Shown: positions 63,819 to 64,000 of the stretch, in pieces
How positions within the stretch are numbered: the stretch's first letter is position 1
Layout of the letters: each line of letters opens with the position of its first letter
Source of the DNA: an uncultured Actinomycetota bacterium
GTDB lineage: Bacteria > Actinomycetota > Actinomycetes > Mycobacteriales > Mycobacteriaceae
Reading direction: 5' to 3'
Length of the DNA stretch: 64,000 bases
Assembly: GCA_963730415.1 (NCBI GenBank)
Contig: CAVSSC010000018.1
Location: 28,273 to 92,272 of the forward strand
Translations under genes and position numbers: made by a program
The notes under the pieces: model-generated
What the model was told of the DNA's origin: nothing
What the model saw: only the letters and a program-made list of their open reading frames with translations
Databases searched by the model: none

Positions 63819-64000
63819 CTACACCTGCTTATTCGCTATGAGCTCTCCGGACGCCGCGTTAATCGTGACTTTGTGTTCGACGATGTAGTAGTCCCAGACG
63901 TCGGCTTGCCACACGGTGCTGCCGTTGCTGTCGCCGAGGCTCATCTCGGTGATGGAGCCGTTGGGAACCGCGGCCAGAAACTTGTCCACCGCTGCGCGGT
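63819..64000 (-). CDS. C-terminal end of a PepSY-like domain protein, truncated by window edge
   Basis: My hand translation of the - strand gives ...RAAVDKFLAAVPNGSITEMSLGDSNGSTVWQADVWDYYIVEHKVTINAASGELIANKQV, with a stop at 63819-63821. The pattern resembles a PepSY domain. It is not in the ORF track because it is partial. Confidence 0.4.
   Translation of the reverse strand, partial: RAAVDKFLAAVPNGSITEMSLGDSNGSTVWQADVWDYYIVEHKVTINAASGELIANKQV

Overview
Visibly GC-rich actinobacterial chromosome. The protein content and gene order identify a slow-growing Mycobacterium locus. As I recall the M. tuberculosis H37Rv map, it is colinear, in reverse orientation, with Rv2455c (korA) through Rv2403c (lppR). 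The conserved backbone on the + strand is: korA-korB, mobA, rpfE, an Rv2449c-like reductase, valS-folC-DUF4233-ndk, rne, rplU-rpmA-obg-proB, nadE, a cyclase/MscS pair (with rbsK divergent on the - strand), proA, a MoxR/VWA pair, nadD-rsfS-gpgP-octT-degV, comEA-comEC-holA, an ATP-grasp/alpha-E/transglutaminase triad, a CBS protein, lepA and lppR. rpsT, rnz and a PemK-like gene lie on the - strand. Four accessory blocks that I do not recall at these positions in H37Rv interrupt the backbone. (A) 17.8-22.1 kb: membrane protein, OhrR-like MarR, TetR, P450, sirtuin and an isochorismatase remnant. (B) 24.2-29.8 kb: a GntR-controlled operon of PrpD-like, ICL/PEP-mutase-like and LeuC/LeuD-like genes plus a frameshifted PEBP gene. 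(C) 41.5-48.9 kb: mmpS-mmpL, a DapB-like oxidoreductase, a frameshifted PPOX gene and two acyl-CoA dehydrogenases. (D) 56.5-57.8 kb: MarR plus a membrane protein. Other notable points: a 1.1-kb ORF-free gap upstream of rpfE; three disrupted genes, all inside accessory blocks; no canonical start codon upstream of the lepA P-loop; a diverged tandem duplication carrying the lepA 3' end plus lppR; three convergent gene pairs whose stop codons overlap in the tetranucleotide CTAG; and many ATGA/TGATG translationally coupled junctions. I saw no rRNA, tRNA, CRISPR array, transposase or integrase. Many ORF-track entries are antisense or out-of-frame artefacts of high GC content. Several track starts are too far upstream and are corrected below.
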